From: an uncultured Candidatus Saccharibacteria bacterium
Lineage (GTDB): Bacteria > Patescibacteriota > Dojkabacteria > GCA-002793355
NCBI GenBank assembly: GCA_964525295.1
Contig: CAZGEO010000001.1
Coordinates: forward strand, 248,662 to 312,661
Direction of reading: 5' to 3'
DNA: 64,000 nt
Shown here piece by piece: positions 37,601 through 47,605 of this stretch. The notes beneath the pieces were generated by a model. That model made no database searches. It was not told the DNA's origin and worked only from the letters and a program-made list of their open reading frames with translations. Made by a program: the position numbers and the translations under genes. The first letter of the stretch is position 1, and the number at the start of each line of letters is the position of its first letter.

Positions 37601-39367
37601 ATGGAACAAGAAAACTCATTGGTTATGAAGCAAAGGCACACGCTTTCGCACATTCTTGCGCAGGCAGTCTTAAAACTTCGACCAGACACGAAACTCGCAA
37701 TCGGTCCTGCTATCGATAACGGGTTTTATTACGATTTAGAATTTAGCAAACCATTTACTGAAGAGGAATTGCCTGAATTAGAGAAAGAAATGCGCAAAAT
37801 TGTAAAGGAAAACCTTCCTTTAGTTGCAGTCTCGAAATCAGCCAAGGAAGCAAAAGAATTCTACAAAGATCAACCTTTCAAATTGGAATTGCTAAACGAT
37901 ATTGGTGGCGATGAATTCAATTTCTACGTTACTGGCGATAACGCTTTTCAGGACCTTTGCAAAGGTCCACACGTGGAATCAACGGGAAAAGTTGGCGCAT
38001 TCAAATTAACGTCACTTGCGGGTGCATATTGGAGAGGAAGTGAAAAGAACCCACAATTAACAAGAATTTATGGTGTCGCTTTTGAAACGGAAGCCGAATT
38101 AGAAGATTACTTGAAACGTTTAGAAGAGGCAAAAATGCGAGATCACCGTAAACTTGGTAAAGAACTCGATCTTTTCGTATTCTCAGAAACGATTGGAAAA
38201 GGTTTGCCCTTATGGACGCCACGTGGTGCAACGATCCGTCGAGAATTAGAACGCTTTATCGTTGACGAAGAACTACGACGTGGTTACTTGCATGTATCGA
38301 CGCCAGATATTGCTCGTATTCAATTGTACGAAAAATCTGGGCATTACCCCTACTACAAAGAAAGTATGTACGCGCCAATCGAAGACGAAGATGAAAAGTT
38401 CATGCTTCGCCCCATGACGTGTCCACATCACTTTGAACTTTACCTCAGCAAGCAACGTAGTTACCGTGAATTACCAATGCGTATCGCTGAACTCGCACAG
38501 CTCTATCGTTACGAAAAGTCAGGAGAACTTTCAGGCTTGATGCGTGTGCGAACCTTCTGTTTGGCAGATGCTCACATCGTTTGTAAGCCAGATCAAGCAA
38601 AAGTTGAAATTTCAGCAGTACTAGACCTTATCGAAGATATCTCTAAGATGTTTGGTCTTAAACCTGGTGAAAATTATCGTTTCCGATTGTCGTTAGGTAA
38701 TCGCGAAGATGGCAAGAAATACTACAAAGACGATGCAGCTTGGGATTTTGCCGAAGACGTTCTACGAAATGTTCTTGTTGAACGCAACGCTGAATTCTAC
38801 GAAGCAGAAGACGAGGCAGCCTTCTATGGGCCCAAAATTGATGTACAAATGAAGAACGTGCTTGGCAAAGAAGATACTGCATTTACGGTGCAATATGATT
38901 TTGTTATGCCAAAGCGATTCAAGTTGAACTACATTGACGAAGATGGTCAAGAAAAAGAAGCCATTGTTGTTCATCGCTCTTCGATTGGGGCAATTGAACG
39001 AGTCATGGCTTTCTTAATCGAACACTATGCAGGGGCATTTCCAGTATGGCTACATCCAGAACAAACGGTTATTATTCCTATTGGAGAAGAACAAAAGGAG
39101 TATGCACACAAAGTAATGGCTGAACTCAAAGAGAAGATGCCTGAACTTCGTGTTTCTGTAGATGAAGACAATAACACACTTGGTAAGAGAATTTTGCTTG
39201 CACAACAACAGAAAGTCCCATATGTGTTAGTTGTCGGTAAGAACGAAGTAGCAAACGGAACCGTTGCAATGCGCCTTCGTGGGGGTGCAAATGTTGGTGA
39301 AATCTCAATTGCCGAAGCTGCAACAAGAATTGCAGAAAAAATTAAATCTAAGGCATTGGATTTATAG
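37601..39367 (+). CDS. thrS: Threonyl-tRNA synthetase lacking the N-terminal TGS (N1) domain
   Basis: N2/editing region HTLSHILAQAV, class II core RVRTFCLADAHIV and FYGPKID, and C-terminal anticodon-binding domain. 588 aa, versus about 640 for full-length ThrRS. Confidence 0.9.
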   Translation: MEQENSLVMKQRHTLSHILAQAVLKLRPDTKLAIGPAIDNGFYYDLEFSKPFTEEELPELEKEMRKIVKENLPLVAVSKSAKEAKEFYKDQPFKLELLNDIGGDEFNFYVTGDNAFQDLCKGPHVESTGKVGAFKLTSLAGAYWRGSEKNPQLTRIYGVAFETEAELEDYLKRLEEAKMRDHRKLGKELDLFVFSETIGKGLPLWTPRGATIRRELERFIVDEELRRGYLHVSTPDIARIQLYEKSGHYPYYKESMYAPIEDEDEKFMLRPMTCPHHFELYLSKQRSYRELPMRIAELAQLYRYEKSGELSGLMRVRTFCLADAHIVCKPDQAKVEISAVLDLIEDISKMFGLKPGENYRFRLSLGNREDGKKYYKDDAAWDFAEDVLRNVLVERNAEFYEAEDEAAFYGPKIDVQMKNVLGKEDTAFTVQYDFVMPKRFKLNYIDEDGQEKEAIVVHRSSIGAIERVMAFLIEHYAGAFPVWLHPEQTVIIPIGEEQKEYAHKVMAELKEKMPELRVSVDEDNNTLGKRILLAQQQKVPYVLVVGKNEVANGTVAMRLRGGANVGEISIAEAATRIAEKIKSKALDL

Positions 39368-39378
39368 TTTAGTTAGTG

Positions 39379-39401
39379 GTGCGGCGGCGAAGCCGCCGCA
39401 C
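39379..39401 (+). terminator. GC-rich hairpin downstream of thrS
   Basis: GTGCGGCGGCgaaGCCGCCGCAC is a 10-bp perfect stem. It is followed by no T-run, so its assignment as an intrinsic terminator is uncertain. Confidence 0.4.
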
Positions 39402-39414
39402 TAACCAACCATAA

Positions 39415-39870
39415 ATGAATATCTCCATTCGCAAAGCCACAAGTGAAGATATCCCAATTCTCGCTGGATTATATCTAGCCTTTTCAATTAAATCTTATGA
39501 GCAGGAAAACCTAAAGCCCGAGAAAACTAGCGTAGTAGATTTCCTTCCTCAGGTGCATGACATATTGGCTAATACAGGGATTACAACCTTACTTTGTTTT
39601 AACGAAGAAAAAGCAATCGGTTTCATTGATTGGTATGAAATTCCAGCTAAAAAGGTTCTGTTTCTTGACGATCTGTTCATTCTCGACGAATATTCCGGCA
39701 AAGGTGTCGGCAGTTTATTAATCGAGGCTTTTGAGACTACAGCGCAACAAAAAGGCTTTTCCGTTAAACTTGAAGTATATCCGTGGAATCAAGTCGCTAT
39801 AGAATTCTACAAAAAGCACCACTACAAAGATGACGGAATCGTCATGGTCAAATCATTAACTAGGGTATAA
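39415..39870 (+). CDS. GNAT-family N-acetyltransferase
   Basis: SGKGVGSLLIEAFE acetyl-CoA motif. 151 aa. Confidence 0.7.
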   Translation: MNISIRKATSEDIPILAGLYLAFSIKSYEQENLKPEKTSVVDFLPQVHDILANTGITTLLCFNEEKAIGFIDWYEIPAKKVLFLDDLFILDEYSGKGVGSLLIEAFETTAQQKGFSVKLEVYPWNQVAIEFYKKHHYKDDGIVMVKSLTRV

Positions 39871-39878
39871 AATCAATA

Positions 39879-40493
39879 ATGTTCTTAAAATTCCTCTGGA
39901 ATGCAATAAAACAATTACGTTGGATTTTACCAATTGCAATTACCTTATTCGTTGGTTACAACGTCTATTTACGTTATCAAACACTCCAACAATCACCACT
40001 AGGAAATTTTCTTCCAAAAGATCCCGTTACCATTGATCTCACAAAAATCTTCAATACAACACAACAAGCTGAAATCTCCCCTACCCCAACAACAATTCCT
40101 GAATCCGTAAAAGTTACCATCAAGACCGATTCTGGGCCAATTATAATTACCGCAGAAACTGCTGCAACTCCAGAAAAACGCGATCTTGGTCTTATGTACC
40201 GACCAAGTCTACCCGCATATCGAGGCATGCTCTTCATATTTGAATATCCGGTTCAATATGGCTTTTGGATGAAAAATTGCGAAATTCCCCTCGACATGAT
40301 TTTTATAGATGAAAAGGACACTATCGTTGATATTAAAGAAAATGTTCCTCCGTGCAAAACAATCGACCCGACACAAAATGATTGTCCGAGTTATGTACCA
40401 AAAGCAAAATATGTAAAAGTTTTAGAAGTTGCTGGTGGAACGGTAAAAGCAAATAAAATAAAAAATGGAGATAAGTCTTCTGAATCTCCATAG
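39879..40493 (+). CDS. DUF192 (COG1430) domain protein with N-terminal TM
   Basis: LGLMYRPSLPAYRGMLFIFEYPVQYGFWMKNCEIPLDMIFIDEKDTIV matches the DUF192 signature. Confidence 0.65.
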   Translation: MFLKFLWNAIKQLRWILPIAITLFVGYNVYLRYQTLQQSPLGNFLPKDPVTIDLTKIFNTTQQAEISPTPTTIPESVKVTIKTDSGPIIITAETAATPEKRDLGLMYRPSLPAYRGMLFIFEYPVQYGFWMKNCEIPLDMIFIDEKDTIVDIKENVPPCKTIDPTQNDCPSYVPKAKYVKVLEVAGGTVKANKIKNGDKSSESP

Positions 40494-41652
40494 CTATTCA
40501 CAAATGTCACTCAAGTCGAAATTCATTCTAATAGCAGTTCTAACGTCTTTCGCTTTTTGGATTCCAATTTTCTCACTTTTTTCCATAACTAAAGGAATAA
40601 GCAATGAGAATACGCTTTTCATTATTTCTATCTATTCTTTTGCTGTAGTCTTTCTTGAATATCCAACAGGAATATTTGGCGACTATTTTTCGCACAAGAC
40701 TTCAGTATGTATTGGGTATGCTTTAACTGCACTTGTAATGTTTTCCATCTTTTTTATTTTTGATTATACCTCACTACTATCGTTTGCAATTGCCGCATCT
40801 CTAGGAGTAACTTTTATTTCAGGTTCAGACGAAGCATTTAGGTTCAGTTTATTGAAAGAAAATTACAAGACCACCTATCCTACGATAAAAACTGCTTCGA
40901 CCATTGCTACGCTTTTCGGTATTTCCACAGGAACAATACTATACCAAATTGCTCCGGAAATGCCGTTTATTGCAAATGGTGTCGCAATATTATGTGCATT
41001 TTTTCTAACGTTAAGCATCCCCGATAAAACAAACAAAACTGATGTTAATAGAAATAGTAATCCGTTTAAGCTTGCTTTCCATGGCATAAGCACTGTAATA
41101 AGAAATCAATCTCTACTTATTGCGATATTAAGCGTCTCCATTCTTGGCCTAATAATCATTAATATCAAATGGATTGCACCAGAACTTTTTATTCGCGCAA
41201 ACATTGATACAATCAATTGGGGGATCCTCATAACGCTTTTCTATGCTAGTAGACTTCTTGGGACACTTTTATATAAAAAGTTTTCTTATATAAAAGCTTT
41301 AGGGCTTCTAGCTATACTACTCTTAGCGTTATCCGTTATTTCCTGGGGAACATCTTTACAGGCATATATTCTTATACCCATAATTACGTTAGGGTTCATA
41401 GCATTAGGATACATCGAAACACATTATGAAATAGAACTGCAAAATCATGCAAATAACAATGTTAGAGCTTCCACTTCTTCTCTTGCAAATTTACTTAAGA
41501 GATTATTCTCCGGGGCACACCTCTCAATTTTGGGATATCTAATTGGAATTCATAAGTTTGAATACTTTGGATACATTACAGCAATATTTGTTATTGCATT
41601 AATTTTCCCTATAGTTTTTCAAAAATTTCATATCACTAGAAAAACAGCCTAA
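40465..41652 (+). CDS. Polytopic membrane transporter-like protein (MFS-like), hypothetical
   Basis: About 10-12 TM helices. The likely start is the internal Met (MSLKSKF, about 40504). Confidence 0.45.
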   Translation: MEISLLNLHSYSQMSLKSKFILIAVLTSFAFWIPIFSLFSITKGISNENTLFIISIYSFAVVFLEYPTGIFGDYFSHKTSVCIGYALTALVMFSIFFIFDYTSLLSFAIAASLGVTFISGSDEAFRFSLLKENYKTTYPTIKTASTIATLFGISTGTILYQIAPEMPFIANGVAILCAFFLTLSIPDKTNKTDVNRNSNPFKLAFHGISTVIRNQSLLIAILSVSILGLIIINIKWIAPELFIRANIDTINWGILITLFYASRLLGTLLYKKFSYIKALGLLAILLLALSVISWGTSLQAYILIPIITLGFIALGYIETHYEIELQNHANNNVRASTSSLANLLKRLFSGAHLSILGYLIGIHKFEYFGYITAIFVIALIFPIVFQKFHITRKTA

Positions 41653-41666
41653 TTCGATATCTCTTC

Positions 41667-42116
41667 TCAAATTTCCATCCATAACTTACCCAACAAATTT
41701 TTTCCTTGATGATTTGCACCCCAACCCCATTCATTATCTCGCCATGAATCCTCGATTATTTCGCGTGTACCACTTTGCAACAACTTCATTCTGACATACT
41801 CGTGTTGCATAACTTTGCAAAGTAAAAGTTCTTTCATTATCTGCAATTTTTTACGTTTAAAACCTGGATCTTCTAAGCCGGCGTTTTTCTCAGAAATTTT
41901 CAAAGCCTCATGCGCCGACTTAGCTCCTCGTATTTTTTCAGCAAGTGCTACATTGCCATTTGCAAATTTCAACGAATGATAGGCATGTTCAACTGTTGGA
42001 TAACTTTTTCCGCTATACTCAATCTGAAATGCTGAAAAATTATCGAACACGTAAAATTCAGGTGGGTAGAAAAATATTCTCCCACGTTTTGATGGTTTTT
42101 GTGCTGGCATAATCAA
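41667..42116 (-). CDS. NADAR (YbiA/DUF1768) domain protein, N-glycosidase / ADP-ribose-processing superfamily
   Basis: FYPPEFYVFDNFSAFQIEYSGKSYPTVEHAYHSLKF...RDNEWGWGANHQGKNLLGKLWM matches the YbiA/NADAR signature. Confidence 0.75.
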   Translation of the reverse strand: MIMPAQKPSKRGRIFFYPPEFYVFDNFSAFQIEYSGKSYPTVEHAYHSLKFANGNVALAEKIRGAKSAHEALKISEKNAGLEDPGFKRKKLQIMKELLLCKVMQHEYVRMKLLQSGTREIIEDSWRDNEWGWGANHQGKNLLGKLWMEI

Positions 42117-42169
42117 TAGTAGTACAACAAAAAACGTTACGTAAGTGAGCCTGCACTAACCAATTTCAA

Positions 42170-43024
42170 TTATTCGTGAATTACGACGAAATCTTCTGCT
42201 TGAGTATTCTTCTGCAAGAATTCTGCGTCTTCTTTACTCAAGAACTTTGATAGGTCAACAGCATTTCTTCGTGCAATCTTTTCACCCGGAATGTTACCCA
42301 ACTTTGTTGCAGTTAATGTCTGGAAAATTCCCTTATTCCAAAAATAAACTCGACCTAACGAACGATCAATTTCGATAAATCTCTCAGCAAAATTTTCACT
42401 AATTGCAGGTGTTCTATCTTCAACAGAAAGTTGAATCGCTCCCAAATTAGCACGTACTTGAGCACCTTCAACAAAATCACAGGGAGCAATTCCTTTTTGC
42501 AAAATATCTTGTAATTGTTCGGCAAGTGTTTGTAAATTAACCGTCCAATCTTCACGGCGAACCTGAACTACTTGCCCTTCTCCGGTCATAATCTTCGTTG
42601 TATTTGCTACGTTCGGATTCTTTTTCAAATAATCGGCAATACATTCAGCATTAACGCTGACTTTACTTTCTTTGCATTGCAATGGGTCACGTCCGCAAGG
42701 AGCAACCGTAATACATGAAAATACTTCGCTAATCGGGAACATAAACGTCTTATTCGGAGCATAAAGTGATACCGTTCTTTTTTGTTCCATTAACACTAGT
42801 TTTTGAATATCTGGTGAGCTACAGGCCTGTGTAGAACTTGCGCCAAGTACACCTTGTGCTATTTTTGACAAATTTTGTTGATATGAGGAATATAATGAAT
42901 AAGTCATATATCCGACACCCAATACCATAATCAATGCAGCAAAAAGTGCCAAAAAAGGCATTTTACTTTGCTTTTTAGCGGCTTGCATTTCTGGTAACAA
43001 AACTGGTGTTTGCACTTCTTCCAT
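42170..43024 (-). CDS. Membrane-anchored hypothetical protein
   Basis: One N-terminal TM followed by a 240-aa domain. Confidence 0.4.
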   Translation of the reverse strand: MEEVQTPVLLPEMQAAKKQSKMPFLALFAALIMVLGVGYMTYSLYSSYQQNLSKIAQGVLGASSTQACSSPDIQKLVLMEQKRTVSLYAPNKTFMFPISEVFSCITVAPCGRDPLQCKESKVSVNAECIADYLKKNPNVANTTKIMTGEGQVVQVRREDWTVNLQTLAEQLQDILQKGIAPCDFVEGAQVRANLGAIQLSVEDRTPAISENFAERFIEIDRSLGRVYFWNKGIFQTLTATKLGNIPGEKIARRNAVDLSKFLSKEDAEFLQKNTQAEDFVVIHE

Positions 43025-43072
43025 TGCTCATTATAGCGCAGCTGAAAGATTGGTCAACTAGGAGGAAAATTT

Positions 43073-43693
43073 TTAAAGCTTTGGCATTTCTGACATGAAG
43101 CGGGTTGCTTTGTTTCCCCACGATTCTGGCGTCACTGGATTGTAACGATACGCAATTTTCTTAGGATCACGAAGGCCACTTGCGTAGTAGTTTGCCATAC
43201 CTCTTGAAACGTCATAAATTGCTGCTGTAAATGATGGATATCCACTTCTTCCCCAACCGAATGGATTATACGATTTGAACAAATGTTTACCACCACTTGA
43301 TTCAATCATCGAAATTGCAGGAAGCAAACGATAATCTAAGCCATACATATCAGCAGCACGAACAAAATCTTCTGCATGTGACTGTAATGGTGCATTATAT
43401 TTTTGAAAGAAAACTCTTACTGCAGCGACTTTTTTCAAAAAAAGATCACTTTTTCTTAAATCTTCGTAATATATTTGTGTATATTTATCTGGAATAACAA
43501 TTTCAGATTCGGCATTAACAACACGAGTATACATTGCCATTGTTTCGAGAATCTTTGTATGCTCAACACCTGAAGAGGTAACCCATGATAGTGTGGCTAA
43601 GCCAAGAACAGTAAGGAATGCTACACCGACAATTACTGTTGAGACTGCCATACGTAGTATGCGTTGTCGCAACATTTTTTGATGTATTAACAT
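43073..43693 (-). CDS. Membrane-anchored GH73-like N-acetylglucosaminidase (peptidoglycan hydrolase) candidate
   Basis: LLPAISMIESSGGKHLFKSYNPFGWG resembles the GH73 AQAxLESGWG...NNxFGI motif. Confidence 0.5.
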   Translation of the reverse strand: MLIHQKMLRQRILRMAVSTVIVGVAFLTVLGLATLSWVTSSGVEHTKILETMAMYTRVVNAESEIVIPDKYTQIYYEDLRKSDLFLKKVAAVRVFFQKYNAPLQSHAEDFVRAADMYGLDYRLLPAISMIESSGGKHLFKSYNPFGWGRSGYPSFTAAIYDVSRGMANYYASGLRDPKKIAYRYNPVTPESWGNKATRFMSEMPKL

Positions 43694-43777
43694 AAGACAG
43701 TATTATAGCATTTTACCCTATAATATTCAACCTGCGGGAAAGAGTTTTGCTGTAGGAAACATCCAAAATTTCGAACA

Positions 43778-45328
43778 TTATCTCTCAATGAGAACTCGTC
43801 CAGTCATATCAGTAGGAACCTCTAAACCAAGAAAATCTAATACCGTTGGGGCAATATCTTGCAAACTACCGAGCGGGAATTGATAATTATTTTTAGGATT
43901 TTTATATACCCCTACAAAAGGCACCGGATAAATCGAATGTTCAGTATCAATTTCACCTGTATTCATATTTGTCATTTCATCAACATTTCCGTGATCTGCT
44001 GTTATAAATACCGCGCCATTTCGAGCTAAAACTTGCTTCACTACTTGTGCAACGCAAATATCAACATGCTCGACTGCTTTAATTCCAGCCTCAATAATGC
44101 CACTATGCCCTACCATATCACCGTTTGCGAAGTTCATTACGAAAAGGTCATATAAGTTGTAATCCAAATTTTTGGTGAATGTTTGCGTAATTTCGTAAAT
44201 ACTCATTTCAGGCTTTTGATCAAACGTAGGGACATCGGGTGACGGAATACAAATACGCATTTCACCAGGGTAAACCGTATTAGTTCCACCATTTACAAAA
44301 TACGTAACATGAGGAAATTTTTGCGATTCTGTCAATCTTAATTGACGCATACCAGCCATAGAAACGACCCTACCAAGGGGCATTTTTACATCAACTGGTT
44401 TAAAGACTACTAAGGTATTTAGTTCTTTACCATACTTTGTCATTGTTGCCATGACAATATCTCTCGCAACTTTTTGCCGTTGAAAAAAATTGAAATTCTC
44501 TTGAATTAATGCCTGAGTTAATTGAATCGCACGATCAGGACGATAGTTCAGAAAGAAAATTGAGTCACCATCCTTAACAAAACCTTCTTTTTGTACACTT
44601 TCAGTTGCAGCTACATATGGTTCAAGAAATTCATCAGTTACTTCAGCTGCGTACGAAATCGAAAGTGCTTCTGCCCAATTTTTGACCTTTATTCCGACAT
44701 GCCCCGTAATCAAATCATATGCTACTTTTGTGCGTTCCCATGTTTTATTACGATCCATGCCATATTGACGACCTGCTATCGTAGCAATTTCGCCAATTTT
44801 GTATTCATTCATCCATTTTTCAAGCTGCTCAAAATACATAGCCGCAGATTTCGGTTCACTATCACGTCCATCAGTATAAATATGAAAGAAAACTTTTCGA
44901 AGGCCCTGTTTTGCACACAATTCTAAAGTCGCTCGAAAATGATCAAGTGCTGTGTGAACATTACCATCGCTTAAACATCCCAGAATGTGAAGTGTTGAGG
45001 ATCGTTGTTTAGTTTTTTCGATCAGTTCTTTTAGAGATTCATTTGCGAAGAAAGTTCCATTAGCGATTGCGGTATTGATACGAGGTAAATATTGATAAAC
45101 GACCTGTCCTGCGCCGATATTCGTATGCCCCACTTCACTGTTTCCTTTCACATTCACCGGAAGTCCAACATGCTCTGCAGATGCATGTAACAAACCATGA
45201 GGATATGTTTCCCAAATACTTTCTAGAAACGGTGTTTTTGCTGCAGTTACTGCATTCCCTGGATATGGCTCATTACTGCCAATTCCATCGAGAATGAGTA
45301 AAACCACGGGGCCTGGTACTCTTCGCAT
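43778..45328 (-). CDS. gpmI: 2,3-bisphosphoglycerate-independent phosphoglycerate mutase
   Basis: VVLLILDGIGSNEPYPGNAV at the N-terminus. The length (516 aa) and metal-binding motifs fit iPGM. Confidence 0.9.
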   Translation of the reverse strand: MRRVPGPVVLLILDGIGSNEPYPGNAVTAAKTPFLESIWETYPHGLLHASAEHVGLPVNVKGNSEVGHTNIGAGQVVYQYLPRINTAIANGTFFANESLKELIEKTKQRSSTLHILGCLSDGNVHTALDHFRATLELCAKQGLRKVFFHIYTDGRDSEPKSAAMYFEQLEKWMNEYKIGEIATIAGRQYGMDRNKTWERTKVAYDLITGHVGIKVKNWAEALSISYAAEVTDEFLEPYVAATESVQKEGFVKDGDSIFFLNYRPDRAIQLTQALIQENFNFFQRQKVARDIVMATMTKYGKELNTLVVFKPVDVKMPLGRVVSMAGMRQLRLTESQKFPHVTYFVNGGTNTVYPGEMRICIPSPDVPTFDQKPEMSIYEITQTFTKNLDYNLYDLFVMNFANGDMVGHSGIIEAGIKAVEHVDICVAQVVKQVLARNGAVFITADHGNVDEMTNMNTGEIDTEHSIYPVPFVGVYKNPKNNYQFPLGSLQDIAPTVLDFLGLEVPTDMTGRVLIER

Positions 45329-45430
45329 AAATCATTATACAATACTTACATTGATTCTTATAACTCAATAATTATCAGTATACGCGAGGTGAAGTTTGCA
45401 TTTACTGAGAAATAGCGATAGTATCAGAGA

Positions 45431-45838
45431 ATGAAATTCAAACAACATCCCGAAAGAACACTACGACACTTAGTTTCTGCACCGTTTATTTATTCAATGT
45501 TTTTTCCTCTGTTGGTGCTCGATATTTGGGCTGAAGTATACCATCGCGTCTGCTTTCCTCTTTATGGCATTCCTTATGTTACTAGGTCAAAATATATCAG
45601 AATCGATAGACACAGATTATCATATCTAAGTTGGCCAGAACGCGTTAACTGTATGTATTGTGGCTATGCCAATGGGTTACTCGCATATGTTGGCAAAATT
45701 GCAGCAGAAACAGAAAAATATTGGTGTGGTATAAAACATGATCGTTCTATTGGTGAACTGATAGAACCAGAGCATCATAAAGATTTCATCGAATACAACG
45801 ACGAAGAGGCTTACAAAGAAATTACACCAAAAAAGTAA
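45431..45838 (+). CDS. Small Cys-containing hypothetical protein
   Basis: CMYCGY...WCGIKH. Hydrophobic N-terminal segment. Confidence 0.4.
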   Translation: MKFKQHPERTLRHLVSAPFIYSMFFPLLVLDIWAEVYHRVCFPLYGIPYVTRSKYIRIDRHRLSYLSWPERVNCMYCGYANGLLAYVGKIAAETEKYWCGIKHDRSIGELIEPEHHKDFIEYNDEEAYKEITPKK

Positions 45839-45911
45839 TTCTCAATTAGAAACAATTACTCGAGAATAGCTAAACCTTTTGTATTAAGAATTGAAAATTG
45901 ACAATTAATAA

Positions 45912-47150
45912 TTACTTCTTCTCTGCCTTAATATTGGTCTTGATATACTCATAAAATTCTGGCTTATCTTTGCCAACATACTGCACGACATAGGTTAGCG
46001 AATTGTACTTATTTACTAGGTAAAGAAAATAGGCATTGTTTTTGGAATCCGATAATTCCAGCGCTTTCATCTCTTCTCCAACCATAAGTTGAGTTTTAGT
46101 AAATCCAGCCAAAGTTACCGATATTTGCTGTGTTGAAAGCCAGGTAATAACATGTTCGTTGGCGACTTCTTCAAGATATTTGTAATCTACATCTGCGAAA
46201 GGTTTTTGAAACCTTTTAATTATTGAAATTGAAACTCTTTCTTTCGTTTTATCATGCTGGAAAAATAGATTCTTCTCACCATAAGTTGGATGATTTGCTG
46301 TCTCTAACGACCAATCTTTCGAATATTTCAACTGCCACCAGGTTTCTTTGGGTAAATCGCGCCCTGTTGCTGCTTCTACCAATTCTTGCTTTGCTTTATA
46401 TGCGACAACTTTATCACGCAAGCCCTGTTCTGCCTGTGTTTTTGTAACTGTCTCATACCATATGTCGTAGGCTATTTGATAAATATGAAGCCCTTTTTCT
46501 TCACGAATGTAATACTCTCCGGGTAATTTTTCAGTTTCGGCAACTGATACACTTTGTACAAAAGTCCACCCATTTTTCGGTAATTCTGTCTTGTAATACT
46601 CCTGAACCTGCGCCCATGTTGCCTTAATTGGCAAGCGATACACACTCTGCCCACTTGCTAGAAAAGTGTATAGACCTTGCAGTTCTTCTTGAGCATAACT
46701 TTCACTTTTTATTGAGAATTTACCATCTTCCAAACGTGTTACTACGTTTTCAAAGACGAATTCGCTGTTTGGATAGCTTGGAACATGGGGAACGCCAATG
46801 ACTTCTGCGATCTCAGGTGGTTTTTCTTCTCGTTGTAAATACTTACCTAACGGCTCAATTACTTTACCAATTTGTGAAAGAACTTGTCCACCTTTACCCG
46901 ATTGAATTATATAATAAACGCCCCATATAACGCCACTTACAATAGCAGCCAAAAACAAAACTCTCACTACTAAACCTGCGCTTTTAAGTACTTGCTTGCG
47001 TTTCTCGGCGTTGATCTTTTTTGTTCTTTCGTCAAGGAATGCGGGCACCTTTTTCTTCGAAAAAGGTGCCCGCACAACAGATTTAACAGGTCGCTTACCT
47101 GGAATGTTTTTTCTAAGATTTACTTGCGTAGGCACGCGACGTATTACCAT
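45912..47150 (-). CDS. Membrane-anchored extracytoplasmic hypothetical protein (412 aa)
   Basis: Basic N-terminus, then one TM (LVVRVLFLAAIVSGVIWGVYYII), then a large soluble domain. Confidence 0.45.
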   Translation of the reverse strand: MVIRRVPTQVNLRKNIPGKRPVKSVVRAPFSKKKVPAFLDERTKKINAEKRKQVLKSAGLVVRVLFLAAIVSGVIWGVYYIIQSGKGGQVLSQIGKVIEPLGKYLQREEKPPEIAEVIGVPHVPSYPNSEFVFENVVTRLEDGKFSIKSESYAQEELQGLYTFLASGQSVYRLPIKATWAQVQEYYKTELPKNGWTFVQSVSVAETEKLPGEYYIREEKGLHIYQIAYDIWYETVTKTQAEQGLRDKVVAYKAKQELVEAATGRDLPKETWWQLKYSKDWSLETANHPTYGEKNLFFQHDKTKERVSISIIKRFQKPFADVDYKYLEEVANEHVITWLSTQQISVTLAGFTKTQLMVGEEMKALELSDSKNNAYFLYLVNKYNSLTYVVQYVGKDKPEFYEYIKTNIKAEKK

Positions 47151-47218
47151 CTGTTAGTATAGCGCACTACGTAACTCAAACGCTAGACAATTACAGAAAA
47201 AATCATTACCATAGTCAT

Positions 47219-47575
47219 ATGGTAGATATAAAAACAATAACCGCTGAAAATATCGATACTTATATTAACGAAAATCCTGATACTCCACTAATTCTTATTT
47301 TTCAAGCAATTTGGAGTACCGCCTGCTTAATTCTTCTGAGCAACATTGAAGAAGCAATTGAAAAAACTCAAGGATACGCAATCTGGGGAAAAATTGATTT
47401 AGACGTTGAACATGCGCTCGCAGAACGATTTAGTATCATCACCATGCCCACTATTCTCGTTATTCATAAGGGTGAGATCGTTAAACAGTACTTCGGCGTT
47501 CAAGAATCTGACCTCTTCATCGACATGGTAAAGGAATTAACAGGTCGAGAAATAGTCGTAGAACCCGGAAAGTAG
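47219..47575 (+). CDS. Thioredoxin-fold protein with degenerate active site (WSTAC instead of WCGPC)
   Basis: LILIFQAIWSTACLIL...ITMPTILVIHKGEIV has Trx topology with a single Cys. Confidence 0.55.
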   Translation: MVDIKTITAENIDTYINENPDTPLILIFQAIWSTACLILLSNIEEAIEKTQGYAIWGKIDLDVEHALAERFSIITMPTILVIHKGEIVKQYFGVQESDLFIDMVKELTGREIVVEPGK

Positions 47576-47605
47576 AAATCAGGGATGTTTACGTTCCTAA
47601 ACACC

